From the NCBI GenBank assembly GCA_963796105.1, contig CAWCKJ010000003.1:854341-918340 (forward strand): a stretch of DNA of 64,000 nt, written 5' to 3'. The position numbers and the translations under genes were made by a program. The notes under the pieces were generated by a model. That model ran no database searches. It worked only from the letters and a program-made list of their open reading frames with translations, and had not been told where the DNA came from. The stretch comes from a candidate division FCPU426 bacterium. GTDB lineage: Bacteria > Oederibacteriota > Muellerivitia > Muellerivitales > Muellerivitaceae. Shown one piece after another: positions 9,137 through 19,006 of this stretch (position 1 is the stretch's first letter; each line of letters opens with the position of its first letter).

Positions 9137-9490
9137 TGAAAACCCCTTCATTTCACTAGGGAAAACGTGCTTATTATATAAGGCTGGAATAAGGTTATGT
9201 TAGAAAAGAAAAGCCGGGGAATATTAGTCAAACGGCTATGATTAGACTTTTTCTCACCTGTTTTAACTTCAAGTGTTGTCTTCCCATTCGCTTAAAGTTT
9301 GTTCAACTCCCTTTTCGATTCCGGTCTTGATCCCCCCTCTACTCTTAAAATTGAACAATGAAGAAAAAATGGTATCTGGATTTCGATATGATTATTTTCA
9401 ACTAAATACAGTTAATTTAACGTTTAATTTTTGCATTATATTTATTGTTTTTTTATTGAAAGTTTTTAAGACCAGTATTAAATTTTTAAT

Positions 9491-9661
9491 ATGACCACAC
9501 ATAAAGTTGTTAATTTCAACTCCTCCGGTCAATCCACCGTTGAATATGCCTTAACCCTGACAGTTGTTTTCTTGAGTTTTGTCGGGGTTACCACGCTCTT
9601 CTCGGGCCAATTGAACCGTTACTTATCCCAACTTTTCGATATGGTCAAGCTTCCATTTTGA
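9491..9661 (+). CDS. Flp-type pilin/pseudopilin (56 aa)
   Basis: Not in ORF track; MTTHKVVNFNSSGQSTVEYALTLTVVFLSFVGV... has the GQxxxEY prepilin motif plus a hydrophobic helix. Confidence 0.7.
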   Translation: MTTHKVVNFNSSGQSTVEYALTLTVVFLSFVGVTTLFSGQLNRYLSQLFDMVKLPF

Positions 9662-9680
9662 AAATATAAAGGGGTGTTTT

Positions 9681-9872
9681 ATGAAAAAATTGAATCAAAA
9701 AGGCCAAGGCATGACTGAATATATATTAATAGTCGCTTTAATCGCGGTGGCGGTCATCGCCGCAGTGAAGATATTCGGCCATACTGTTCAATCTGGGTTT
9801 AACAGCGCCTCAACCGCTGTTGGCGGCGCGGTGGGGTCTGGGATCGCCCAAGGAACTGGTTCAAGTAAGTAA
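9681..9872 (+). CDS. flp: Flp family type IVc major pilin
   Basis: KGQGMTEYILIVALIAVAVIAAV motif. Confidence 0.9.
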   Translation: MKKLNQKGQGMTEYILIVALIAVAVIAAVKIFGHTVQSGFNSASTAVGGAVGSGIAQGTGSSK

Positions 9873-9877
9873 TCAGC

Positions 9878-10429
9878 ATGCCGCACTTGAATCAAAAGGG
9901 GCAATCGGCGGTTGAGTTTGCCCTTCTTTCCCCATTATTGTTTGTTATATTCTTCGGCATCATCCAGCTCGCTTATTCTGTTTACGTTGCCTTTGCCGTC
10001 CAAAGGGCTGCGTACGCTATCGCACGCGAAGCTGCGGCTTCAACAGATCCAATAAGCTTCAATCCCTATTTCCAATTGGTTTATTGCCTTGCTCCCTTGG
10101 GCCAATTGAATAGCTCGACCCTAGCCACAGCCTTAGCAACCAAATGTGATATATCGGTCGAGGACGAAACAGTCAAGGTACGATTGCTTTATCCCATGCC
10201 CATTTGGGTTCCAATGATAGATAAGCTTTTTGGGGAAAAACTCCAGTTAAACCCATCCAACTTGGGAGCTGCTGATTCCAGTTTAAAATCAGCTTTTCAA
10301 ATTATCGGAAAAACCCCACCCGAATTATCCCTCCAGGGCTTAACTCTTCCCTATGTCCGTTTCATGGCTTTTTCCGCTACAACCCCGGAAGAAACTTCTC
10401 TTGGCTATCAGGTGGATACCAATGATTAA
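9878..10429 (+). CDS. tadE: TadE-like pseudopilin
   Basis: KGQSAVEFALLSPLLF...AAYAIAREAA. Confidence 0.85.
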   Translation: MPHLNQKGQSAVEFALLSPLLFVIFFGIIQLAYSVYVAFAVQRAAYAIAREAAASTDPISFNPYFQLVYCLAPLGQLNSSTLATALATKCDISVEDETVKVRLLYPMPIWVPMIDKLFGEKLQLNPSNLGAADSSLKSAFQIIGKTPPELSLQGLTLPYVRFMAFSATTPEETSLGYQVDTND

Positions 10430-11615
10430 ACTTAACCGTTGGTCCTCCTCCCCCCCGGGACAAGTCCTTCTCGCCACTTTGGTTTTTTGTTTCATTTTCC
10501 TCGCACTTTTTATTGGCGTTTACAAATCCGGACTACTCTACAACGCCAAGGAAAGGGCGTGCCGATCCACTGAAATGACCGCACTTTCTATGGGAGCTGT
10601 TTACGCCAATGGAATCCAATTGGTCCGGCTATCCAATGCCATACTTTTGGGCTTCGCCTTGGTGGACCTGGCAGTCATACTCGGCGTGACCCATATCAGC
10701 GGAGGCCTAGCTTTGCCCGTCATTGAAGCCGTCGATCCCCACACCCGTAACTTCGTCCAGATCGTCCAGAAAGTTCTTTTCGGAGTCTCACTTCCCACAG
10801 GGGCTTACCCTTTCCTGATATTTTCTGAAGGGTTATCCTCCGCCAGCAACAACCAATTGCGGGACAATTGGCCGGATCCTGCCAAGCTTTCATGGAGTGT
10901 TCCGTTGCCTCCCTCGCCTGTCTTCTTGTTCAACCTCCAAGGGCCTTATCCGATGGAAGCCTTTCTACCCAACATGGCCCTGAAGTTCAGGACACTGGAT
11001 TTGTTCTTATTCAAGCTTCCCGAGAAATCCACGAAAGCCATATACTTTCTAAAGGATAAAAGGACGGGAAAAACACACTATTTCGAGCAACACGAGGTTG
11101 AAATCGCCCCTAACTCCAAAAATATCGGCCAATTGAGGGTGAAAAGCGGTGAATTCGAGAATAAGTACGTCGGGGTGTTAAGGGAAACAGAGGAAGAAAC
11201 CGCGAAGGAAGCACAGAAGCGCGCTGAGAAAGCCGCGGGTAAAAAGTTAAAGTCCCTTTTTACTTATGGCAAAGCACTGAAACAAATCAAGATGGACGTC
11301 ACGGATCGGGATGATATTCCCAACCATACCGTGATCGTTTATTCAAGCTTTCCAGCCAAGGTCCAGGGGCCCCAGGGGTCACAATCCGAAGTCCAGTCCA
11401 TAAGCGAAGTTTCAGTAGAGGGTCCAGGCATGGCGGCATGGGACCTATTCGCCCCTCCATACCAATGCAAACTCATGCCTAAGGATCCCGCTGAAATCGC
11501 GAGACTGATGAAGGTACAAGGCATGGTTCAAACCTGGGCCTCACAGGGAAAACTTCCGGGGTTAAAAGACATGTTCAGCATGATACTTGGGGATCACAAC
11601 CATGAAAACCCATGA
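10422..11615 (+). CDS. TadG-like pilus assembly protein/large pseudopilin
   Basis: GQVLLATLVF TM segment, ERACRSTEMTALSMGA resembling the Tad motif; position in the cluster. Confidence 0.55.
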   Translation: MIKLNRWSSSPPGQVLLATLVFCFIFLALFIGVYKSGLLYNAKERACRSTEMTALSMGAVYANGIQLVRLSNAILLGFALVDLAVILGVTHISGGLALPVIEAVDPHTRNFVQIVQKVLFGVSLPTGAYPFLIFSEGLSSASNNQLRDNWPDPAKLSWSVPLPPSPVFLFNLQGPYPMEAFLPNMALKFRTLDLFLFKLPEKSTKAIYFLKDKRTGKTHYFEQHEVEIAPNSKNIGQLRVKSGEFENKYVGVLRETEEETAKEAQKRAEKAAGKKLKSLFTYGKALKQIKMDVTDRDDIPNHTVIVYSSFPAKVQGPQGSQSEVQSISEVSVEGPGMAAWDLFAPPYQCKLMPKDPAEIARLMKVQGMVQTWASQGKLPGLKDMFSMILGDHNHENP

Positions 11616-12081
11616 GAAAAACAATGGCCAGGGAATGACAGAATTCCTAATAGTTATTCCACTTCTTTTATTGATGGCGGCAGGAATGGTTCAATTTTAT
11701 CTACTATTTGCCGCTCGTTCTTCATTCGAACATGCTTGCGGTACAGCTGCCCGTTATTACGCGGCTGGTGAAATAGAGCCGAAGGATTTCGCGAGTGAAG
11801 CCTGGGATGATTTGGGGGATGACCAACATTTTTTTATTCCCGGTACATTGCGTGCCTTTCCAATCGCCGCAACCTCTTCCCTAACTTCCCTTTTCACAAA
11901 CCGAATGAACATTTTCGGCCCCCTTCTTTCCAAACTCAAGGACTATGCACTCAATTACACAGGTCAGAAATGGCTGGTCTCCATCCAATATCGCGGGTCA
12001 CCTTTTTTTGGATACCTTTTCCACAATGGCCTTTGTCTGGAGACCCAATTAGCTGTAATGCGTTACCCGGAGGCCCCATGA
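11602..12081 (+). CDS. tadE: TadE-like pseudopilin
   Basis: NGQGMTEFLIVIPLLLL...HACGTAARY. Confidence 0.8.
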   Translation: MKTHEKNNGQGMTEFLIVIPLLLLMAAGMVQFYLLFAARSSFEHACGTAARYYAAGEIEPKDFASEAWDDLGDDQHFFIPGTLRAFPIAATSSLTSLFTNRMNIFGPLLSKLKDYALNYTGQKWLVSIQYRGSPFFGYLFHNGLCLETQLAVMRYPEAP

Positions 12082-12794
12082 ATAAATACTGGTTTTGGGG
12101 CACCATCGTTTTTTGGTTCATCCTGGCCAGCGCGTTTCTCAGCCGGGCCTTGATATTTTCACCCGTGTGTTTCTCGCCTAAAACCATTTGCCAATACGAA
12201 TCAACAACCAACGGAGTGAAAGAAACTAACCTGGTGTGGGTTAACCAAGGCAAATTAATAAACCTTCTTCCGATCATTATGGATAAATTCCATTCAGAGG
12301 GTTGGACACCCGAGGGCCGGGAATTAAATTTGACGCCAATCTTATTGGAGCTTTCCAACAAAAACCCATCCCTGGAGGGGCGTCTGGAAATTCACGCCTT
12401 TAAGAAAGCTGGTGTCACAAAGGCCCTAGGCTTATTGGAAAACCCAGATTCTGGCATGACTTATGGATGGGAAGGAGAGTTACCAGGTGGAATCTTCAAT
12501 CTAACACAAGCTCGATCCCATTGGGACTTCCCTTTTTCACCGCCAGAGGAAAGCCGTGAAATTTTCTGTCAAAAACTCCAAAATTTCAAGATCGGATTGA
12601 TTTACATGGACCCCAGCAACAGTCTTCGCCAAAAGTTTTTCGCTTTGTGCCTCCAGCAGGGATTCAACTTTCGACCATGGAAGGGGGATCCCGGCAGAGA
12701 GGCTTACTTGCTCTCAAAAACTTCTGTTAGGCTTTTAGCCGTATTGAATCCACAATCTTTGGAAGATGTGATCGCCTTGGTCAGTTTGAATTAA
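12078..12794 (+). CDS. Hypothetical membrane-anchored protein in the Tad cluster
   Basis: GGAGG RBS, ATGA overlap with the upstream gene, N-terminal TM. Confidence 0.65.
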   Translation: MNKYWFWGTIVFWFILASAFLSRALIFSPVCFSPKTICQYESTTNGVKETNLVWVNQGKLINLLPIIMDKFHSEGWTPEGRELNLTPILLELSNKNPSLEGRLEIHAFKKAGVTKALGLLENPDSGMTYGWEGELPGGIFNLTQARSHWDFPFSPPEESREIFCQKLQNFKIGLIYMDPSNSLRQKFFALCLQQGFNFRPWKGDPGREAYLLSKTSVRLLAVLNPQSLEDVIALVSLN

Positions 12795-12815
12795 GACATT
12801 TAGAAAGGAAAAGAT

Positions 12816-13595
12816 ATGAATCGCCGCAACTCCTTAATCGCCTTGTCCGCCGGAATTCTTTTCGGGACTTTGGCTTTTGTTCTTCTTTACCAGAAAGCGT
12901 CCGAAGTGGAAAAAAAGACCACTCCGATCCAGGTCCTAGTAGCTTCGGGTTATATACCAATAGGAAGCATCCTGAAGCCTGACTTGGTTAAGAAAACTGA
13001 TATTCCGGAAAATTACGTTAGCCCCAGCGCCATCCGCGACATCCGCGAAGTGGAGGGGTTTATATCCTTGGTGCCTATTTCGGCCGGCGAGCAGATACTA
13101 TCTAACAAGTTCGGAACCAGTGAGGAATCTCTTGCCCTGGATTTAAATCCCGGTTATAGGGCTTACACTTTGCCCGTGAACGAAACCAACGGTGTCGGAA
13201 ACTTGATCCGTCCGGGCAACCATGTGGACGTCCTCACTAAAGTTTCATCCCAAAACCGAGAACTGACTTCTTTTGTCTTCCAGGATTTGAAGGTTTTGGC
13301 TGTCGGTCAAAGAATGACCAGCCCTTCACAATCGAAAAAAAACCAGGAAGAGAGGTCTTCCGCAGGTGAAGACTCGGACAGCTATGGCACGGTAACCCTG
13401 GAAGTGACTCCAGAACAAGCCGAAACCCTTATGTTCTTGGAAGGGCAAAACCTCCGCTTGGTCCTGAGAAGCCCGAGCGATGATGAAATCCTCAACTTGC
13501 CTCCTCAAAGCGGGCTGGAGATCATCGAAAAGTTGGGCCATTTCTCGGTAAAAACTTCGCGAAGTATTGAAATTATTCGTGGAAACTCAAAATAA
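12816..13595 (+). CDS. cpaB: Flp pilus assembly protein CpaB/RcpC
   Basis: SAF domain, GYRAYTLPV...LIRPGNHVDVL, VLAVGQ, VTLEVTPEQAE, LRLVLRS. Confidence 0.92.
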   Translation: MNRRNSLIALSAGILFGTLAFVLLYQKASEVEKKTTPIQVLVASGYIPIGSILKPDLVKKTDIPENYVSPSAIRDIREVEGFISLVPISAGEQILSNKFGTSEESLALDLNPGYRAYTLPVNETNGVGNLIRPGNHVDVLTKVSSQNRELTSFVFQDLKVLAVGQRMTSPSQSKKNQEERSSAGEDSDSYGTVTLEVTPEQAETLMFLEGQNLRLVLRSPSDDEILNLPPQSGLEIIEKLGHFSVKTSRSIEIIRGNSK

Positions 13596-13606
13596 GGAGG
13601 CTGGGT

Positions 13607-14638
13607 ATGAAAAAATTATTTTTATACTTTCTATTGGCGCTAACCCTAATCGCAGCTAAGGCGATGCCCGGCGAAGGTCCAATTCGGTTGACTATCGGGG
13701 AATCAAAGCTCATCAATGTCGAATCTGCGAAAAAAGTAGCCGTTGGGAATCCGGCTGTTGCCGATGTTACCTCGGTCAGCGATCAGGAAATTCTTATTTC
13801 CGCTAAATCTATCGGCAGTACCAACCTCATATTTATCGCTCCAGATGGAGATAAGATCAGTCGGACTATTCTGGTATCCTCTCATAATCTGAGGAAATCC
13901 ATGGTAGAAATGGGTGTGGAAATCATGGAAATCGACTCCCAAAGCGCCCTTAAGGCAGGTCTAAGTTGGGGTTCCATCACATCCGCGCCGGTTTCAAGCT
14001 CCTCCGGCTCTACCACCTCCACTTCTTCATCTGCCGAATCCATAACCAGCAACAACGTTGCGATTGCCGAGAATTCTCCTCCTTCTTTAGCAGCATTTGG
14101 CACCTTTGCACGGCAATCCCTGGCCGCAAGCGTTCAGCTTTTAATCAGTCGCGGTAAAGCTAAAATTTTATCTAAACCAAAACTATTGGCGGTCAGTGGG
14201 GAAGAAGCTAGCTTCTTGGCAGGTGGCGAGATTCCTTACATTGTCGAGACGAAAATCGGCTCAGCGACGGTTGAGTGGAAACCTTATGGCGTCAAGTTGA
14301 ATATTAAACCTTCCATCGAAGCTGATGGGAATATATCCGCGAATCTGCGCGCCGAGGTCAGCGGAATCGATCTTGAAAACGGGTTAGCCATGAATGGGAC
14401 CACCGTTCCAGCCTTGCGCACCCGGTGGGCGGAAACATCGGTTTATATGAAAAGTGGAAGTACTCTTGTTATCGCGGGCTTGATAGACGAGCAAAGCCAG
14501 AAACTGACATCGGGCATCCCCATCCTGAGCGATATACCCGTCCTAGGAGAACTTTTCCGCTATACGGACCTGCAGAAAACCCAGACGGAACTGGTGATAT
14601 TCGTGACGCCGACGATGGTGGGAGGAGAAGAAAACTGA
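13607..14638 (+). CDS. cpaC: Tad pilus secretin CpaC/RcpA
   Basis: VAVGNPAVADV N-domain; SGEEASFLAGGEIP, GIPILSDIPVLGELFR, ELVIFVTP. Confidence 0.92.
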   Translation: MKKLFLYFLLALTLIAAKAMPGEGPIRLTIGESKLINVESAKKVAVGNPAVADVTSVSDQEILISAKSIGSTNLIFIAPDGDKISRTILVSSHNLRKSMVEMGVEIMEIDSQSALKAGLSWGSITSAPVSSSSGSTTSTSSSAESITSNNVAIAENSPPSLAAFGTFARQSLAASVQLLISRGKAKILSKPKLLAVSGEEASFLAGGEIPYIVETKIGSATVEWKPYGVKLNIKPSIEADGNISANLRAEVSGIDLENGLAMNGTTVPALRTRWAETSVYMKSGSTLVIAGLIDEQSQKLTSGIPILSDIPVLGELFRYTDLQKTQTELVIFVTPTMVGGEEN

Positions 14639-14852
14639 CAAAAAGGCAATGAACCCTTCGAGCCCCACGCACCGCATACCATCCATCCACAAAACATTTA
14701 AAGTGGCTGGTATCGCACCGATTTCTATTACCGTCTTATTGTAAATCGGCACAGCGTGTGGCAGTGCTCAGGGCGGGTTTAAATTGGGAAGGTTCTTGAA
14801 TTGGAAAAACCCAGCTAATAAGTTTTGATGAGGATTTGGAGCCGCCGGATTT

Positions 14853-14972
14853 TCAGGGGTTTTGGATCAAGACGCTGATGGTTCCATCGTTATAATTGGC
14901 GACCGCCAGGTCGGCTTTGCCGTCCCCGTTGAAATCCCCGGCCATGTCCCAAGTCGGATTGGTCCCCGGCGC
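14853..14972 (-). pseudogene. Orphan FG-GAP repeat (3' remnant of a lost gene)
   Basis: Manual translation APGTNPTWDMAGDFNGDGKADLAVANYNDGTISVLIQNP*. Confidence 0.7.
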
Positions 14973-15014
14973 GTGTAAAATCCTTTTAAAAAGGGCCAAA
15001 GTCCCCAAGTGCCC

Positions 15015-17579
15015 TCAAGGTGAAGTCGCTGCCGCCGCATGACTTTCCACAACCGCCACAAACACCCCATTCCCATAGGTAACTGAACTCCAGTTCTGCG
15101 AACTGGGGAGGGTTTGGGCCGTCCAAGTGATACCGTCAGGCGAGGTCGCTGCCTCCGTACTATTATTAGCGACCGCTACAAACTCCCCTTCCCCATAGGT
15201 CATTGTTGTCCAGTACTGAGAACCGGGAATGGTTTGGCCCGTCCAAGTGATCCCGTCCGGCGATGTCGCCACCGCCCCGTTAGTCGCCACCGCAACAAAC
15301 TCCCCATTCCCATAGACCACTGGTCTCCAATTTTGTGAACTGGGGAGGGTTTGTTGGGACCAGGTGATCCCGTCCGGTGATGTCGCCGCCACCGTACTAT
15401 AATTAGCGACAGCCACAAATAACCCATTCCCGTAGGCCGCTGAATACCAATACTGTGAAGCGGGGAGCGTTTGGGGCGTCCAAGTGATACCATCCGGCGA
15501 TGTCGCCGCCACCGCGCTGTTATAAGCAACCGCCACAAACACCCCATTCCCGTAGGCCACTGAATACCAGTTCTGTGTACTAGGGAGGGTTTGTTGGGTC
15601 CAGGTGATCCCATCCGGTGATGTCGCCGCCACCGAACTTCCATTAGCAACCGCCACAAACACCCCATTCCCATAGGCCACTGACCACCAGTTCTGAGAAC
15701 TGGGGAGGGCGCGGGCTGTCCAAGTTATACCGTCAGGCGAGGTCGCCGCCACCGAACTTGGGCCAAAAGAAACCGCCACAAACACCCCATTCCCGTAGGT
15801 CACTGAAAACCAGTTCTGTGAACTGGGGAGGGTGCGGGCCGTCCAGGACGTACCTGGTAATGGTGTGTTGGTGGGCGTATTCGTCGGCGTGCAGGTGTTG
15901 CCGGGGTATCCGCAGGGTGTGGGAGTGGAAGAAGGGGTAAAGGTCAGGGTATCGGTCGGGGTATTAGTGGGCGTGTTGGTGGAAGTGTAAGTGGGGGTCG
16001 GGGTGGGTGTATTTGTGGAGGTAAAGGTGAATGTATTGGTCGGGGTATTCGTGGTTGTAAAAGTCAGCGTGTAGGTCGGGGTGTCGGTAGGGGTAAAGGT
16101 CAGGGTATCGGTTGGGGTATCCGTCGGGGTGTCGGTGGAAGTGTAAGTGGGGGTATCCGTGGGCGTATCCGTCGGGGTATAGGTGAAAGTATTCGTGAAT
16201 GTATTGGTTGGCGAATCTGTTGAGGTATCCGTGGGTGTCGCCGTGGGGGTGTCTGTCGGGGTATAGGTGAATGTGTCCGTTGGGGTATTCGTAGGAGTAT
16301 AGGTCAATGTATTCGTGAAAGTGTCCGTGGTCGTGGGGGTGCTGGTCAAAATAATCGAAATGTAGGTGACCGAGGGATAGGTGGATGAAAAGCTGGAGGA
16401 GGGCGAGGAATTACCCGCCGAGTCCTGGGACCGAACCCAAAAGGTGGTGGAGCTGTTTGGAAGTACCGTGACGGGTATCCCGGTCGTGTTAAAAAGGGAC
16501 GCCGGGCCCGAAGCGACAGGGGTTCCCGTGCAATTGGCGTTGGTGTAAATGTACACTGTGGTAATTAAGCCGGGAATATTAGGCCCATTGCCAGCCTGTC
16601 CATAAATACTAGGGTTGGTAACAGTGGAGGGTGACGCGGGAGTACTGTTAAAAACCTCAGGAATGGGTTCAGCGATCACATAAGCGTAAATGAGTCCCGT
16701 GGAGGGAGCGGACGCGTTGCCCGTAGAATCCGACTGGGTCGCGTAAAAAGTCACAGCGGAATTCCCTATCAATGCGTTTCCGGCCGGAAGTGTGACCGTC
16801 CAGTTGCCGCTCGAATCCGCGACCGCCGTAGCCAGGGGGGACCCCAAATTGGTGTTTTTTTCGTAAAGCTGGATATTCGCGTTCGGCAGGGAGGTTCCAT
16901 AAAGGGATGGGGTTGGGCCCGTGGAGGTGTTATTCGTGGGCGAGGTGGGATTGCTGGACGTGATAACTGGCGGGGACAATGGCGTCGATGTACCCGTGAC
17001 GGTCGGGGTCGGCGTGATGGTAAGGGTGTCGGTGATCGTCGGGGAATTCGTTATGGTGGGCGTATTGGTCGGCGTATCCGTTGACGTGATAGTTGGGGAG
17101 TCAGTAGGCGTATCCGTCGGGGAATTAGTCTCGGTGGGAGTGAATGTTAACGTCAGAGTCGAAGTAGGCGTGTCGGTGTTAGAAAGTGTCGCGGAGAAGG
17201 TGGAAGTATAAGTAAAGGTAAAAGTTAGGGTGTTGGTATAAGTAAAAGTAGGAGTTAGGAGTGAGGAATTAGAAGTTGGTGACAAAGTCGGTGAATCAGT
17301 AAAGGTAGGCGTTGGGGACAAAGTCGGAGTATCCGTGGCGGTAGATATTGGAGTCGGTGTAAAGGTCATCGTGTTCGTGAGAGTAGGAGAAGGAGTGGAA
17401 GAAAAGGTAGGAGTTAGAAGTGAGGAAGTAGGAGTTGGAGAAACTGTTTCCGTGAGTGTTGGGGTAGCAGAAGGCCTGGGGGGTGAAACCGGATTGTTAC
17501 CGTTGTTGGCACAAGCGCCGATAACCGAAGCCAGGATCGCTAAAACAAAGATAAATATCCAAAGATTTCTTCTAAACAT
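15015..17579 (-). CDS. Lipoprotein: Thr stalk, Ig-like domains, second Thr stalk, 7-repeat beta-propeller
   Basis: Lipobox IGAC; ADSSGNWTVT...DSTGNAS Ig-like segments; seven WTxxTLPSSQNWxSVxYGNGVFVAV...TSPDGIT repeats. Confidence 0.85.
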   Translation of the reverse strand: MFRRNLWIFIFVLAILASVIGACANNGNNPVSPPRPSATPTLTETVSPTPTSSLLTPTFSSTPSPTLTNTMTFTPTPISTATDTPTLSPTPTFTDSPTLSPTSNSSLLTPTFTYTNTLTFTFTYTSTFSATLSNTDTPTSTLTLTFTPTETNSPTDTPTDSPTITSTDTPTNTPTITNSPTITDTLTITPTPTVTGTSTPLSPPVITSSNPTSPTNNTSTGPTPSLYGTSLPNANIQLYEKNTNLGSPLATAVADSSGNWTVTLPAGNALIGNSAVTFYATQSDSTGNASAPSTGLIYAYVIAEPIPEVFNSTPASPSTVTNPSIYGQAGNGPNIPGLITTVYIYTNANCTGTPVASGPASLFNTTGIPVTVLPNSSTTFWVRSQDSAGNSSPSSSFSSTYPSVTYISIILTSTPTTTDTFTNTLTYTPTNTPTDTFTYTPTDTPTATPTDTSTDSPTNTFTNTFTYTPTDTPTDTPTYTSTDTPTDTPTDTLTFTPTDTPTYTLTFTTTNTPTNTFTFTSTNTPTPTPTYTSTNTPTNTPTDTLTFTPSSTPTPCGYPGNTCTPTNTPTNTPLPGTSWTARTLPSSQNWFSVTYGNGVFVAVSFGPSSVAATSPDGITWTARALPSSQNWWSVAYGNGVFVAVANGSSVAATSPDGITWTQQTLPSTQNWYSVAYGNGVFVAVAYNSAVAATSPDGITWTPQTLPASQYWYSAAYGNGLFVAVANYSTVAATSPDGITWSQQTLPSSQNWRPVVYGNGEFVAVATNGAVATSPDGITWTGQTIPGSQYWTTMTYGEGEFVAVANNSTEAATSPDGITWTAQTLPSSQNWSSVTYGNGVFVAVVESHAAAATSP

Positions 17580-17796
17580 AGAAGCCCCCAAAACCGATCC
17601 ATTTTCCACAATCGATTTTCCATTGCTCCATTCCACGGCGCGGAATACGGCTCCCCAACAATTGTGTCTTCATTATTGGCCCGCAATGATCAATAAGCAA
17701 CTTGGCTAAAACAAAACCCAGATTGGTTGACAAATGTAAGAAATGTATTTTTGCCCGGATTTTGGAGAAGCTGAAAAAAAGTCAATGAAGAATGGA

Positions 17797-18782
17797 CATG
17801 CTTCTGTATTAAGTGACCCTTGAAATAAAGGAATACATAGGTATACTGTCCGCTACGGGAGGTGGTACATGAGCTACCAGCGGATGAAAAGCATTAAAAT
17901 TCTGAGGAAAATCCACACGGAAGAAGAAGCCCGCCAATGGGTGTGGAGATGCCGTTTCGGCGGGAAAGACTTTGTTTGTCCCCAATGTGAGGGCGAAAGC
18001 TTCTGGCAACACCAGGCCAAGCCTGAAGTGAGGGAATGTGACTATTGCCGGAAACGTCTTCGGCTTCGCGCCGGGACGATTTTTGAAAGCTCCAAGCTGC
18101 CTCTTTTAACCTGGGTCAGGGCCATCAGTTTGATGATGCAGGGCAAACGGGGTATTTCGGCCCTGGAACTGAAGCGGCATTTAAATCTTTCGGATCATTC
18201 GGCATGGCTTCTATTGCATAAGATCCGGGAAGGTCTTAGGCAAAAGGACGAAAGCTATACTCTAAAGGGCGTCATTGAGTTGGATGGGGCGGTTTTTGGG
18301 AAAAAGGCCAAGGAAAACCAAGTGGAAGTCTTGGTGGCGGTGGAAAGCAAGGAATGGGTGGATGAGAATGGTTGCAAGAAGGAAAAAGCGGGTTTTGCCA
18401 AGGTGAAGGTAGCTATGGAAACCAAGTGGGAGAGCCAGGAATTCGTGAATCAGACTATGGAAAAAGGCTCTTTCCTCAACACAGATGCTTCGCCAGCCTT
18501 GCGTGAACTCAAAGGAGTGGAGGCAGACTACCGGGTGATGGCCAATGACCCGAAAGAGTTGGAAAGTTGGTTGCCCTGGGTACACCGGTTCATTTCCAAC
18601 GCCAAGGCCTGGATCATTGGAACTCATCATGGCGTTGATGCTAAGTATTTAGGCCGGTATCTAAGTGAATATGCCTATCGGTTCAACCGTCGTCATGATC
18701 CCGATTCCTTATTTCACCGTGCTTTGACCGCATGTGCCTTAGCAAAACCCATTACAGCACGGTCACTTTGTGCATAAGCATA
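17797..18782 (+). mobile_element. IS1595-family insertion sequence, copy 3
   Basis: Same termini; 8-bp target duplication AGAATGGA at 17789-17796 and 18783-18790. Confidence 0.92.
17869..18777 (+). CDS. IS1595-family DDE transposase
   Basis: Protein identical to the other two copies. Confidence 0.92.
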   Translation: MSYQRMKSIKILRKIHTEEEARQWVWRCRFGGKDFVCPQCEGESFWQHQAKPEVRECDYCRKRLRLRAGTIFESSKLPLLTWVRAISLMMQGKRGISALELKRHLNLSDHSAWLLLHKIREGLRQKDESYTLKGVIELDGAVFGKKAKENQVEVLVAVESKEWVDENGCKKEKAGFAKVKVAMETKWESQEFVNQTMEKGSFLNTDASPALRELKGVEADYRVMANDPKELESWLPWVHRFISNAKAWIIGTHHGVDAKYLGRYLSEYAYRFNRRHDPDSLFHRALTACALAKPITARSLCA

Positions 18783-19006
18783 AGAATGGACAATGAAGAA
18801 TGAAAAATTAAATATTGAGGGAGGTTCTTAAAATAGGAAAATCCCCTAAATAAAAAGGGCCTTTCAAATCGGCTTTATCCGATTACTAAATAAAAAACGC
18901 TTTTAAAAGCTGTTTTTCAGGAAATATATTTTTCGTTCATCACATATAATTATCCTTAGTCGATCCATTCATTATTATTAAGACCGATTACAAGGAATTT
19001 TCTCGC

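Noticed and set aside
15850..17470. TxT repeats as ice-binding or ice-nucleation protein
   Set aside because: Frequent Pro and no fixed coil period; better explained as extended linkers
5890..18782. Composite transposon formed by inverted IS copies around the Tad cluster
   Set aside because: Each IS site has its own target duplication (TATCTCTT versus AGAATGGA), indicating independent insertions
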